DNA of 64,000 nucleotides, from contig JAQGDQ010000251.1 in the NCBI GenBank assembly GCA_030141605.1, positions 186,001-250,000 of the forward strand, in the 5' to 3' direction. This document shows, in pieces, positions 26,101 to 38,372 of this stretch. A program made the translations under genes and the position numbers. The notes beneath the pieces were generated by a model that saw only the letters and a list, made by a program, of their open reading frames with translations, was not told the origin of the DNA and searched no databases. The DNA is from Tubiluchus corallicola (lineage: Eukaryota > Animalia > Priapulida). How positions within the stretch are numbered: position 1 is the first letter of the stretch; each line of letters starts with the position of its first letter.

Positions 26101-29100
26101 ATTCAATTAATCAAGAGTAAAATATACGCGTTACACACTGACTAAAAGGCAGTGTTTTAGCACAAATAAACGGAATCTCTGCGTTTTTTCTTTATTTTTC
26201 TCACCTTACATAATGCTTGCCATTGCAAACCACAGTATTACAAAGTGGGTGCTTCAAATTGTTCGTTGGCATGTGACATGTGTAGTGACGTAGTCTGAAA
26301 GTCTCAATATAAATAGTTTGCAAATAAAATAGCAGACAGGGACAAAAGCTGTGAAGAAAAAATTGCCGCAAAAGATTAATTGTGATCTCGAATTACAAGA
26401 ACAAGATTATAATCGAATTACAAAATTTCAAAATTGTTCATCACTAATTATTGCATAAGTGGGCCAAAGCTTTTAAATTGTTCTGTTATCAGCATTATGG
26501 TCACTTAGAGGAAGATTTGCAAAAAAAAATAAAGGAATCTGCATGAAATTGAATCTGTATGAAAAAAGAATGAAGCTTATAATGAAAAAACAGTTTTACA
26601 TCTGATGTGTGTGTTGTAATAGGAAGTTAGATTTACTTTTTCAGTAAAAAGAGAAATCCGAAAGTATTATTTCTGAATGTTATATTTAATTTTGTTAAAA
26701 AGAACTATGTATAGCTGTCCTTATTGAACGTTTTGGCTTTTTGCAACTTCTAATATTTTTTATTGCACCGGATATAGTAATTTAAAACAGACATCATAAA
26801 ACTACATAAGTTAGTCTACAATAGTTTAACAAGTATATTAGTCTAAAATAGTTTAACAAGTATATAAACATTAAAAGCGAATTTTTAACTCTAACTGGCA
26901 AGAATAACACGCCTTGAATTAATTAGCTACGTACCTACTGGCATAGAGAGATAGTATTTGCTGTACGTGTCAAGAGATGTTATCTACCAGCTTTTGGGTT
27001 TCAAAGCTTACATGTATAGGTTTGTTTTGGATTAAAACACTGGTTGGAGCAGATATTATGGTGGAACCCATGAATTGCATATCTTGTCATGGCATGTCGG
27101 TTCTGCCTCTTGGGTTTTTTCATTCATTATGAGTCATTGCTGGTGTATTATAGACTACCAGTTTTCTTTGAATATACCTTATCTTTGACCTTTTCTAAAC
27201 ATTTGTAGAATTTTTGAGTCTGGGGTACTTTGAAGTATATATAAATTTCAATGCTAAGTCTATCTGCATTACACAGCAAGAATTTTCGCATTTAAACTTC
27301 TTTGGTATTAAACATTTGTGATGTTTTTATTTTATTTAGATGTTGGAATTGCCAATAAGAAATTTGGAAGTGCAAGTGGTGCTTCAGAAGAACTCGATGC
27401 TTCTCAAAGACGACGAGCAAAAATTCTGGGTTCTGTGATAGGGCTGCTGCTGTTTGCTCTTCTGGCAGTTATCATCGTTTACCTCTTTTTACGATTTTAT
27501 TGGTTCAAGAAAAAGCGTCGCAGTAGGATCGAACGGCAAGGGTTAACGAATCTTGCAGCACCAGAACTCCCTCCTCGGGTAAGCTGTTGTTTTCATATAA
27601 TATGGCGATATCTTGGAAGAGGATGCATTTTGGTAGTGGCAGTTGTTTCTGTTCGTGTCAGGCAAAGCTGTGTTCACACATATACTGTCAAATCATGTTA
27701 GAACACTACTAAATATGGCATTGTAGCGGAATTGGAGGTAGGGCGTTCATGAAATGTCAAAGCCGTTCTACTGTGTAACATCGATTTTGTTTCCTAGTTA
27801 ATTTTAATATGTGATAAATAGGTGTAGTATATAGCATTATTGTACCTATGTCAATACAACTGTTATACTGCACATTTTGCTGCATTAACACTGCAGGTAT
27901 AGTTCTACGCTGGTACCTTGCAAAACTTTTACATAATGCAAGGTAGAGGAGCAATCTTGTGAAATACTGGCAATTATTCAACTGTTGATAAGAAAAATAT
28001 ACAGCCACGCGGTCCACACTCCCAACATAACATTATTGGGCACCGCCGCACATAAGTTAATCTTGTGTCGAACCAGTACAGCTTTAACGGCCTTTAAATT
28101 GTACTGAATCGTAGCTATGCAGTTCTTGTACTAATGCATGCTTCTTGCTCAAAACCTGAACATTCACTTTCATAGAGTCACTTGATGCGAAACCTAAATC
28201 TTAATTTAAACAACTTTTGATGTTCAGAGATTGTTGTTTTTACAATAGAATGGCTGTTTTTCTACAGCAATTCATTGTGCTCTATCTTCATTGATATTAT
28301 AACAGGGTAAGTTTATTATGTAAAATGGAGTTTTGACACAGCTGATATATTGGTGGATGGCAGTAAGTGAGGTTGGCATTACTTCTTATATTGTTTAAAT
28401 TATTGCTGGTTTAAGTGGCTGTACATCTAGCTTAACTAACAATTTTAGTATCTCAGAGACTATCTAATAATGATGACTTCAGCCACTATTGACGTTCATT
28501 CATTATTGTTTCACTTTTTTTCTTTTGGTCATGTTTGTTGTTAAAATAATTGTGGGTTTATTCCATAATTAAGGTTTGACGATTATACAATAAATAATCA
28601 TTTTGAAATTGAGATTTGTAATAATTAATGGATTGCTTGCGGTCTCTTCTAGCCTCTAAATGTAATTATTGTTGGTTAAACTATTTTTGACGGCTCTGCT
28701 TAGTGAGCTGTTATGATTGATTTAATACTTGCCATAAATAGAAAGGGGCATGCAGCTAGTGATTCTGGTATTCAAATTGCAATCCAAAGGTCCTTGTTCA
28801 AATCCAAACACAGTACCAACCTTTTTTCGCATTTCTTTTTTTGATTAAGTTGGGTTTCAAAATTCATTAAATATGTTTATTCTATAGTTAGCCAATAATC
28901 TTCAAATCAAGATATAAGTAATTAACTAACTAGTTATGCAATTGTTTAAAATTATTTGGTAATCAATTGGGTACCACATGGTTTCTATAGAATGAGAATG
29001 GTATTTACATCAACGAAGAGTACGTTGATGACAATGGTGAAGTTGACATCAACATTCAACTTTCTGCGTTAAAAGACAAATGCTGGAAGATTCCGAATGA

Positions 29101-32100
29101 AAACATGCGATTTGCAAGCAGTGGGGAAGTGCTGGGTGTCGGACGCTTTGGTGATGTTCTCAAAGCAAAAATTGTAACATCGGATAGGGGCAAAACAGCA
29201 GCACTCGTTCCTTACAGAGGTAAATACAGAGAAAATTTGTGGTGATTTTGATTTTTTTTAGAAATTTTTGAGGGTCATTAAATTTCAGCAGACTGTCTTC
29301 ATAAAGAATAATATCTTTATGAAAAATAGCACAATAAAGAAATTATTTTTTTATTAATTGACGTTATTGACAGGTATTATTCCCGTTGTTAACACTTAGG
29401 TGCTATGCATTAGTGACCTTGTGCATGGTGTGAAATCTCAAAACGAAATTTTTTTCTCGAAATGAAGAATGAAAAATTGTTTTTGAACATTTAAACATTA
29501 GTAGTAATTGTCTTAACCTATTACGTCAGCAACTCTTTCTCATCTAAAAGGCTGGATTAGAACCTTCTGGGGTTTCTAGGCTAATGAAATTATGATGCCC
29601 CTTCAGACAAAGTCAAGGGCCCTTTATCTTAAATAAGTTGCCACTTTTTTTAAATTGTGTTTTTAGACTCTCGGGCCGCCTTTTTAAAACTTGAAATTTT
29701 ATTTTAAGTTAAGTGAGTCATTCAGCAATGCAAAATAGTAAAATATTATACTCATTTTTCAGAAAAAATCTTTTTAAAAATCTTTTAGCAGGGCCCCTCG
29801 AAGTTGGGGGGCCCTAGGCTGCAGCCTGTAATTGATTGAAAATTAGTAGCTTAAAAATGTCATGTCCTGAGACTGTTACTTATCATACTGAAATATAATT
29901 CAGCAGTGTCAAAGTAGCAATCCCATTGTGTCAAAAACTGATTTTTACATTGCAACATTGCAACGATCACATACGCTACACGGTCATAAAAATTTTTAAC
30001 CAAGACCAAGGCAGGCAAATTATTAATTACAAATTGCATCATTTTTTACAGATTTAAATTCTAACCGATAAATTAATCATTAATAATTTTTTCAGAAGAA
30101 AGAGGTGAAGATTTAAAGAGAGAGTTTGTTGCAGAACTTGATAAAATGATTAGACTGGGGAAGCAGCCTAATGCAGTGTCACTTATTGGAATCTCAGAAA
30201 GAGAAGGTACAGCATCTCCTTGTACAACTTAATTCATGTGCATAAAATTGGTGACTCTTTTGCATTACGTATAGTCGTGATGATGATGATGATTATTACT
30301 TCATTTAAAAATATACAGTTTGCAAAGACAAATGGATGTTAATAAAATAAATATTGGGAAGTTAGTAAATAACTTATTTACAATAATTCAACTTTGTAAT
30401 GCCCACTCATTTCTGTACTACTGTAATTGTATTTCAATATATGGTCTTGTAAGAATCTATACCTGGTATCTTAAAACACAATCTTTAAATGAGTTCTTTA
30501 CCTTTAACTTTACATTTTCGTTTAGATTTACAGTACAGCCAGTATTTTAATCTTAAATTTACTTGACTGTCATTTACATAGCAGCCTAGCTTTGGAATTG
30601 GTCAACGTTCTAGACTTCGCAATTTTTGTCAAAAATTTTTTTACATCTATCTATTAACTAATTCCCATTTGTGTCCTAAAGATATATTAACAATTTGACC
30701 CTATCATTTTGTCTAAAATCGAATATTTTTCTATAAGCAGTGTTTGGTATACTGCCAATTTTGCATCCATATAACAGAATTGGTAGACAATATGTATTGA
30801 TATGTATTGATTAGAGTCTTAATTTTTTTTTTGTGATCTGTCATAAATCACATAATTTATTCAGTTACATGATGACTATCACAGCAAATTAGATGGATGT
30901 TTTACTCAAGTAGTATCTAATCAGTTGACTGGTTGTTTTAGTTAAATTGGATATGAAATCTTGTGTGCGTATATTACAGGTTCTATCCATGCTGCCATCG
31001 AGCATGTTTCTGGTCCAAATCTCAGAGATGCATTGAGAGCCAGCAGAACAAACACTAAGTCTGGTGGTCGGGTGTCACAGTTCAACGAAGAGCAGTTATT
31101 CAAACTTGCTGTGGGAATTGCCCATGGCATGCAGTGCCTGTCTCAAAACAGAGTATGAATATTGTCTAGATATTACAGTAATATTAAAAATTTAAGTGTC
31201 ATTAACTAGGCTGCACAATTGTCTTAATAGAGAAATAGGTGTAAAAGAACACCAAACTCTAACATTTTGATACATTTGTTCAAGTGTAATAGTGTTGTTA
31301 TTTGAGATTTTTTAAATTTTGCGTCCATAGTTACTGAGAATTAATGTGATTCAATGTTGACAGTATGACAAATTGTCTATGTTTTTGATGTAGGGTTTTA
31401 TTTCATTTATCATCAATTTGTTACTGTGCTAGAACAGACACAGCAAGACACATCAGAAATTTCAGAATTGTCTACTATTGGTAAGTATATTGTAAAGAGT
31501 CAGTTGCATCTGCATTGAGAGTATTAGTGCAGCATATATGTCTGTATTAAATGCTCACATATATAGTACATGGAAACAGATTTCTTCTCTTATCAGTTGT
31601 ATAATTATTGTGGCATACATCAAGGTGTTCATTCCTACATTTATAATTATTATAAACACTTGTTATAAAAGCCGGCACTATCAGTTTTACGTGAGAGTGG
31701 ATTCAAAATCCAGGTTTTTATATTTTAACATGATATATTAACAGGAAATTGTTTACCATATATACGTGTGTACAAGTCGACCTTATGTACAAGCCAACCA
31801 TAAAATATTAAGATCTAACAGATTAAATGATGTCAACAATGGCCGAGTAATAAATCAATAGCCTACTGTGTTAGTGTGTAAGGTATGTGCAAGTGCCTGG
31901 GCCGAGTATATTATACCTACCTATGTGTGTATATATGTATATGTATATTCATGTTGAGGGCCCTCAATGCAATCCATGATAATGCAGCCTGGCCTTTTAT
32001 CGCGCATAATTGTTTGTAATGCCTTTAACTCTAGGATATCGCGGCCAGGATATAAGGAAGGATTATTTCTTTACATATTCGTATTGTAGACAGTTTAGCG

Positions 32101-35100
32101 ACATCTCCCAAAAACATATCGTAAGTATAAGTTGACCCCAAAAATTTCACCTTAAAATCGCTTCCCAAAAATTCGACATGTACATAAGTATATACGGTAA
32201 TTAAAGTATTTTGTGGTATTTTATGCTGTTGTCACTAAGCATTGTAAAATGGTTGAGGACATTTTTGCAAGAACGGAAAGTGGCTCTAAACAGCTTTAGA
32301 AATTCTGTGATTCGTAGACTTGAATTTAAATAGATTTTAATCTATGTTTATTTGATGTTAGTTTATGCATTGGCAGATGACATTAATCTTACCAAAATCT
32401 TCACTTCTGATGTGTCTTGCTGTGTCATGGTTCAACTCAATTCAGCATATTAATATCGCAAACTGAATCTTAGATAATTTCAGGTCTCTTATGAAAGCAT
32501 TAACATGCGAAATGTGTTAGATCATCAAGTAAATGTTTTGAATGGACTCCTTGTTATTAAAAGTTGTTCATAAATTTTTCTTTGCAATTTCAGATCATAC
32601 ACAAGCAGTTAGCTGCTAAAGTTATTGTGTTAGTAGATGGTAGTATACCCAAGATTACTCAGTTTAGCCTTTCTAAATATAGCAATGAACGACAGGTAAC
32701 TGTAAATATCACACAGCTGTACTTATATACAACTAACAATTGTATTTAAATGCTATTTACTTGAAAGGATATAGTCAAATCCTGGTAATACGATTTTCAA
32801 GAGACTAAAATATTTTTTCATAATAATGGAAGACAGGATGATTTTTCCTATACTGCCCCATTTTCAAGTTTGATAAAAAGTATACATTTTAACACAATTA
32901 ATATTGCAAAAGTGTTTCTGATAATTAAATAATATATTAAAAACTTAATTAATGGCAGGTGATCCCAACTATTGATGACATCACAAACGAACATAATTTT
33001 CAACTGCAGAAATATTCCACGAGCGTCTTGCACGTGTTTGCAAAAGCGAAAATTGAAGTACTGTGCTACTATAAGATATTCAGTGTGTTATTCTGAAACT
33101 AGGCATGTTTTAAGATAAAAATTCAAATTTCAAATACCGCTGTGCTCACACTTGAGCTGTCAAACGTGTGTAGTTCGTCAGAAACTAACACAGCTGAACT
33201 GAGAGGTACAGTACCTGTTCTTTTATAATGCCTTTCCGAAATGCAGGTGCTAGTGCCCGTCTAACTAGCGAATGGCAAAATGCATGTAACAGCGAAGAAC
33301 TAGTGCGGCGAATGCGAAATTGTATTTGTGTGGTAATAATTCTTTCACGTAAGTCATTTTTGAAAAAATAGTGTGTTCCCTTTCAATATTTTAAAAAGTA
33401 GATTGTTTTGACCTATAGTTTAATATTGGGTCCGGTTTTGCTTTAAGCGTGTTTAGTAATATCCATTTCGCACATTGATCTTAACTCCTAATATGTTATT
33501 TCTAATGTAAAATAGCAATTAACTGATGCTTATAGTCTTTACTTTGGTTTTCTTTTAATCGGTGAACATAATTTAAGCTTGTTTAGCCTTCAGTTTCCCA
33601 TAAGTACAAACTACAAAGAACAGTTGCCAGTCAGTCTAGAAGCAAGAGGGTGCCAGAGAGTCTGTCGTTTTTTGCTGCTTTGGCATCATAACTCGATAAC
33701 TGTAAACAGACAGCAGTAACAAATATAAGTAACATATAGCAGGCAAATTTTTATTAGAATAGGTAGCGGAAGTCTTTTTGGAAATCACTAATTTAGCTGT
33801 GTGCATTTAAACCTATGCAGCTACTGATTTAATCAACAGTAGGCCTAGCTGTGATGCTGTACGTACATGCATTATGTCATGATCGCATGATGAGTTGTAA
33901 GAAATCAGTTATTAAGCTATGGGTACTGTTGGCAACAAGTGAAGAGTACCTAGACGGGGCGAGTCTTTGAGAAATCAATGTATAAAATGGGCGTTTCGTG
34001 ATAAATAGTTTCATATTAACCATAAATGATTACGTAGGTTTTATTATAATTTTGGCAGGAACATAATAAAATCATCGTACAACTGAGAGTTTCGTTATAA
34101 GCTGAATCGTATTTTCGGGATTCAACTGTACTTAGTTAATATCAAATAATATTATGTTGTGTTTTTTAGAAAAATGCTAAGAGCATACTTGACTTTCCTG
34201 GCATTATTTATTAGGCAGAATTACAATGCCTAAACTTATTTCAGCCATTGATATCAGTTGCATTACTTAATGAAAGGGGAAATTACAGTGTCTTTTTGAC
34301 ATAGCGTAATCGTATGTTTCAGATGGGAAGTTTTATGAGATGGCAATCTGTGGAAAGTCTTCGGCCTAAAATTTACACTTCCATGAGTGATGTTTGGTCA
34401 TTTGGTGTAGTGTTGTGGGAAATAATGTCATTAGGTTAGTTAAAAAAACATCATGACTAATTATGGTACAGCAGTGTCATAAGTCCAGCTTTGATTCTAA
34501 ATACATGAAATTTTTTTTAAAATTTGGTCTTATTACACAGGATATGCCATGTTATCTGTGTGTGTTTTTGCACCAGCACATCAGCTTGTCGAAATAAACT
34601 TTTAATTGTTTTTTTAGACTGATTCCCCTGTAAGTTATGAGTTATCCTATGGGTATAAGCCAACCTCAGTACTTGGTTTTGAAGCCAAAGTTGTTTAAAC
34701 GCAAACCATTTTTAAGAAATTGTGGCTGTAATTATACAGAAGTATAATGTTTTGTTGTTAATTCCTAATTATACATCTATCATTTAAACACTCTTTTTTC
34801 GTTTGTTTAGTTTTTCATTACAAAATTCTATGTATCGTAACACTTTGTAGGAGGCACGCCTTATACAGAAACAAGGAGTCAGGATTTGGATGAAAAATTG
34901 TCAAAAAATACCAGGTTGCCTCGACCTTATGGCTGCTCTGATGATTTGTAAGTACAGTTGTTACTCTCTTATCTCTTTACAATGATACAACAGTAAAGTA
35001 ACCGAACATTTGTAAATTTATATAAAGATACTTTATAAGAGTAAACAACCCTGTTGTAGTTTTACTTCTTACTGCTTTTAGTTTCTTTCTGATTAAGGCA

Positions 35101-36391
35101 ACCGTGGCCACGCCCTGTTTTGTATCACACCTTTAGAGTAAAACCTTCAAAGTGTTTCGAAAGTAGCATTTTTCTTATCAGTTGGAGCGTGATATTATAT
35201 TTCTTATATTATATAGTACTTAATATAAGCATAAAACATTGGCAAATTTTCCTACTGAGTATGAAAAAGTTTATGGTATGATTATATTCATTATCGTGCC
35301 CTACCGTATGATTATATTCATTGTTGTGGCCTACCATATTATATTCATTATCATGGCCTACCAATAGCATGACAATTTTTTATAGCTTTACAATAAAAGT
35401 ACAGTAATGCAAAAGCATGAATATTGCATTTATACTGAAATTAAAAGTAATTCATTATTCCTAGCATTATTATTGTAAAAAAACATTTTACTTCTAGTTC
35501 ATTTTATATTAACTGTGCATTTTCAAATTTATGTATAAATAAATAAAGAATATAATTATTGATCAGAGCTTGTTAACTAGTTATGATATTCATCAAGCTG
35601 TCACTGTTTTGCGTACGGCATTATTTTTAGTTGAATGTTGGTAATGATGGTCAAACAAATTTTGTGAGTTTATCACTGAACTGTACTAAGCGACAAAAAG
35701 ACAAAAATGTCAGACTGACCTAATTAGTTCCCAAAAAAATTCTGGTCATTTCCCAAAATTTAATACAGAACCTTTATCGTCGGACTACTTCTTTCATTTC
35801 AAATATCATCTAACCTTATTAATGTAGTGGTTTTATGTTAACCATGTATATGTCCAGATGTAATGCTGTATTGTACTTTGTGGTGTAGTCATTCCCTTTA
35901 TTATTCTATTGTCAGCTGTATAGGCATTGTGTCAAATGTTGTAAACACCTATGTAAAATAAATTTTACTTACTTTGATTGTAGGTATCAAATAATGCTTC
36001 AATGTTGGGAACTGGATCCAGACAATCGACCGGATTTTGCTGAACTTTATGGAGTTTTACAGACTATGGGCTCTGAAAAAGTGAGTTACTGATTGCCACT
36101 TGTTCATGACTAGATGCTTATTGTAATTTTTATTTAACTGATGCCTTATAAATCCCATCTGTATAAATCTAGTTATGTCTGTTCCTAATGAATTGCTGAC
36201 ATATCAATGACATTCGTTTCCCATTGTAGTAAGTTAATAAAACTTGATGTGCTCAGTGATTTATCACACGTTTCTTTGCATTGGCTATAATTTTTTTAAT
36301 GTTATTTTATGAATTTCAGAATCACTTGACACTAAATTGGCATCAGAAGTTTTACTATCAACCTATTGATGGGACAAAAGATAACAACTAA
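20095..36391 (+). CDS. Wsck: Wsck-type WSC/FN3 receptor tyrosine pseudokinase, about 767 aa; join(20095-20140,21563-21740,22390-22493,23321-23427,23741-23948,24886-24982,25266-25521,25924-25999,27340-27578,28991-29219,30096-30206,30980-31152,32594-32695,34323-34434,34851-34947,35984-36080,36320-36391)
   Basis: The 17 exons sum to 2304 nt in one open frame. Domain order is signal peptide, Cys-rich WSC, FN3, TM, then TK-like domain (LGVGRFGDV; [21 protein letters not shown]; [12 protein letters not shown]). This matches arthropod Wsck. An alternative in-frame ATG lies at 20077. Confidence 0.9.
21100..21357 (+). mobile_element. Interspersed repeat, copy A (3' end of a TTAA-flanked, Kolobok-like non-autonomous element)
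   Basis: Collinear similarity to 33200-33447 (GAGAGGTACAGTACCTGTT...AAATGCATG...GAACTAGTG...CTTTAAG); 5' boundary uncertain. Confidence 0.65.
21563..21740 (+). CDS. Wsck: Wsck exon: WSC domain, N-terminal part
   Basis: FIGCF...[10 protein letters not shown]...[14 protein letters not shown]. Confidence 0.9.
22390..22493 (+). CDS. Wsck: Wsck exon: WSC domain, C-terminal part
   Basis: [25 protein letters not shown]; phase 2/1. Confidence 0.9.
23321..23427 (+). CDS. Wsck: Wsck exon: FN3, N-terminal part
   Basis: [35 protein letters not shown]. Confidence 0.88.
23741..23948 (+). CDS. Wsck: Wsck exon: FN3, C-terminal part
   Basis: [25 protein letters not shown]...FWTEIG. Confidence 0.92.
24886..24982 (+). 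CDS. Wsck: Wsck exon: extracellular
   Basis: [32 protein letters not shown]; phase 1/2. Confidence 0.88.
25266..25521 (+). CDS. Wsck: Wsck exon: membrane-proximal FN3-like region
   Basis: [10 protein letters not shown]...[35 protein letters not shown]. Confidence 0.9.
25924..25999 (+). CDS. Wsck: Wsck exon (ITKLAYSKF...)
   Basis: 76 nt, phase 0/1, canonical sites. Confidence 0.8.
26018..26446 (+). mobile_element. hAT-like MITE
   Basis: TIRs TAGTGATGAGCAATT / AATTGTTCATCACTA; eroded flanking duplication; same family as 41946-42449. Confidence 0.78.
26812..26865. repeat. 27-bp tandem duplication
   Basis: TAGTCTA(C/A)AATAGTTTAACAAGTATAT x2. Confidence 0.85.
27340..27578 (+). CDS. Wsck: Wsck exon: transmembrane helix
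   Basis: [23 protein letters not shown] followed by the basic stop-transfer segment KKKRR. Confidence 0.9.
28991..29219 (+). CDS. Wsck: Wsck exon: juxtamembrane region and kinase G-loop
   Basis: ENGIYIN...KDKCWKIP...LGVGRFGDV. Confidence 0.9.
29548..29828 (-). mobile_element. Partial non-autonomous DNA transposon, inverted homolog of 50355-50711
   Basis: GGCTGGATTAGAACCTTCTGGGGTTTCTAGGCTAATGAA and GGGCCCTAGGCTGCAGCC match the reverse complement of the 50.4-50.7 kb element. Confidence 0.65.
30096..30206 (+). CDS. Wsck: Wsck exon: alphaC region
   Basis: [25 protein letters not shown]; phase 1/1. Confidence 0.9.
30980..31152 (+). CDS. Wsck: Wsck exon: hinge to alphaE
   Basis: [10 protein letters not shown]...[20 protein letters not shown]. 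Confidence 0.9.
31756..32197. mobile_element. Tc1/mariner-superfamily MITE
   Basis: TA|CCATATATACGTGTGTACAAGTCGA ... TCGACATGTACATAAGTATATACGG|TA: imperfect TIRs with TA target duplication. Confidence 0.75.
32594..32695 (+). CDS. Wsck: Wsck exon: degenerate catalytic loop and DFG
   Basis: [29 protein letters not shown]. Confidence 0.9.
32764..33447 (+). mobile_element. Interspersed repeat, copy B (Kolobok-like, ends CTTTAA)
   Basis: The 3' 250 bp are homologous to 21100-21357; the 5' boundary is approximate. Confidence 0.55.
34323..34434 (+). CDS. Wsck: Wsck exon: subdomains VIII-IX
   Basis: [34 protein letters not shown]. Confidence 0.93.
34851..34947 (+). CDS. Wsck: Wsck exon: subdomain X
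   Basis: GTPY...[12 protein letters not shown]. Confidence 0.92.
35277..35363. repeat. Minisatellite, about 30-bp unit x3
   Basis: TATGATTATATTCATT(A/G)TYRTGGCCTACC repeated. Confidence 0.8.
35984..36080 (+). CDS. Wsck: Wsck exon: subdomain XI
   Basis: [21 protein letters not shown]. Confidence 0.93.
36320..36391 (+). CDS. Wsck: Wsck terminal coding exon
   Basis: TTTCAG|[23 protein letters not shown]. Confidence 0.75.
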   Translation, partial: NHLTLNWHQKFYYQPIDGTKDNN

Positions 36392-36543
36392 CCAACAAAG
36401 TTGCCTAAAAGTTAACATTTGCCATTATTAGCATTCCCCAATATTGTACAATTATTCTTTGTTAATTTTTTAAAGTAGTGTGTTTTTGCCAAGGCAAAAC
36501 GTCCATTTGTTTCTCTCAATTGTGATTTCTTCTTTACAGAGCA

Positions 36544-36732
36544 CAGTCAAACCTCATTATAACGCTCCTCCTTTATAATGCTAGCCTCGCTGAATGCCTT
36601 AATTTTTAACAAAACAAAATGTCTATATTTACATAGACATATGTATTAATGTGCCTCGTTATAATGCCGAACTCGTTACAATGCTAACTTTTTTTGTAGT
36701 CCCAAAGTAGGCAGTATAAAGAGGTTTGACTG
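36544..36732. mobile_element. pogo/Tigger-like MITE in the Wsck 3' UTR
   Basis: TIRs CAGTCAAACCTC / GAGGTTTGACTG followed by TA; internal CTCGTTATAA subterminal repeats. Confidence 0.82.
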
Positions 36733-37699
36733 TATGCACATTTGAAAATGGATACATGTATTTCTACTTTCTAATAATCTAATTTTCGATATTTTGCTTT
36801 AGTGTTTTTAAACACTTATGTATTTTAATTCCATTTTGTGCAATGAGACAAATGTTTTGCATGTTCTAAGACTTGTTTGTTAGGAAACATATTACGTTGT
36901 TATTTGTCAATTGTTTAAAATACATGGCAATTACACTTTCAACTGCATTCCTTTCATATTGCTCAATAATATTGATATTACAATTACTAAAAGTTTATAG
37001 TGTGTGGCTTTTAATTAAATATATGCTATTTTGGTATTCGTGTCTTGCACTGATCATTCCTACTTTTCACATTAATTGTACTAATTATGATGTACTTTGT
37101 AGTAATGTTTGTGTTATAGTTATGGGTATATCACTTTTAACTAAAAATTAAATTACTCAGGGTTTTTTGATGGGTTTAGAATCTCTCTTATATCGATCTG
37201 TCATTTTTGTACACTTATTTCATGTTGCTCTTTATTGCATCATCATTACCTGAAATTATTAATTTATTTGGGGTTTCCATTTATTAATGCTTTATTTTTT
37301 AATATTATTTGTTTCACAAGGATTAAATGGTTGTAACAGTTTTAGTATGACATTATATTGTCGTACTCTGTTGTAATAATGTGTTCTAGTATGTAATATT
37401 CTAGTACAAATGTGCTGTAGTGTAGACGAGTATTTTTATGTGAATCATGAAAATGGAATATTTAAATATTTAATTGTTTATTTTATACTAGGTAGCTGGT
37501 ATACTAGGTAGTTGATGCATTAAAGACACTCATGTTTTAATGATGGAACGTTCGTGTTCCTCTTTACTGGCAGCTATTTTTTATTTTTATAGGCACTTTG
37601 GCTAATAACTTTGTCGTATTTTGTTAAAAATTTCGTATTAAAACTTGTTCACGTAATAGTATTTAAACATCTTATGAATTCAACTTCTGAATTAAAATT

Positions 37700-37749
37700 A
37701 ATAAAGTTTATGTAAAGTGAGGATTCACTTTTGCAGTAGCTTGAATAAA
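37700..37749 (+). other. Candidate Wsck polyadenylation signals
   Basis: AATAAA at 37700 and 37744, followed by a GT-rich tract. Confidence 0.4.
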
Positions 37750-38372
37750 CTGTGTAAGTAACCAAAATGAAATTGTTTGTGTATTGTTTATGCTTTTTAT
37801 GTGTGAGGTCACTGAGGTGGCTTTAAGATAATTGAGGCAGTAGCTGTAGTTACTGCTATTAGTGAACTGTGTGATTAGCAGTAAAGAAAATTCTGTCTAA
37901 ACTCGTAATACGTAATTATCGGGGATATGCTGCAAAAATCATTATTATGATATTACATGGCTTGGCAGACGTCGTGCCTTGTAAAATGCTCATGTTAGTG
38001 TGTATTTCGTATTACTGAACAGTACCGAGCATTGCAGGCTTGGCAAAATGGGTAAACTCTCCTTGTGTAGCAGAGTTACCTGCTTTGCTTTGCTGTCATT
38101 CCCGTAGCCCTTTGATAGGCGCTTATTAATCGAAAATATTGAATTTGAAAATGGATGCCTATTGTAGACATTGGGCAGGCAGAATTCTAAAATAAAAGAA
38201 ATCTGCCTTAGTCAGGTAAACGCAGCAGTAATCCAGCAACAAACTAGACACTGCTACGCCTGGTGGCTGGATAACTATAGTACCGTTACAAAGAGTGGGA
38301 ATCGAATTGAATTGAGGTTCAACAGTAGCTGTAAAAATTACGCAAAGTAATACTAGGCGGCACCACTATTGC

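Noticed and set aside
28745-28815. tRNA-like sequence (GGTCCTTGTTCAAATCC)
   Set aside because: The acceptor and D stems do not pair; at most a decayed SINE head.
20095-36391. Wsck as a pseudogene because catalytic residues are missing
   Set aside because: Seventeen exons splice in frame with no stops or frameshifts, which fits a maintained pseudokinase.
36389-36415. Stop-codon readthrough extension of Wsck (and TAA-CTA at the CTH stop)
   Set aside because: TAA is the least leaky stop, the context is not the TGA-CTAG motif, and there is no recognisable extension signal.
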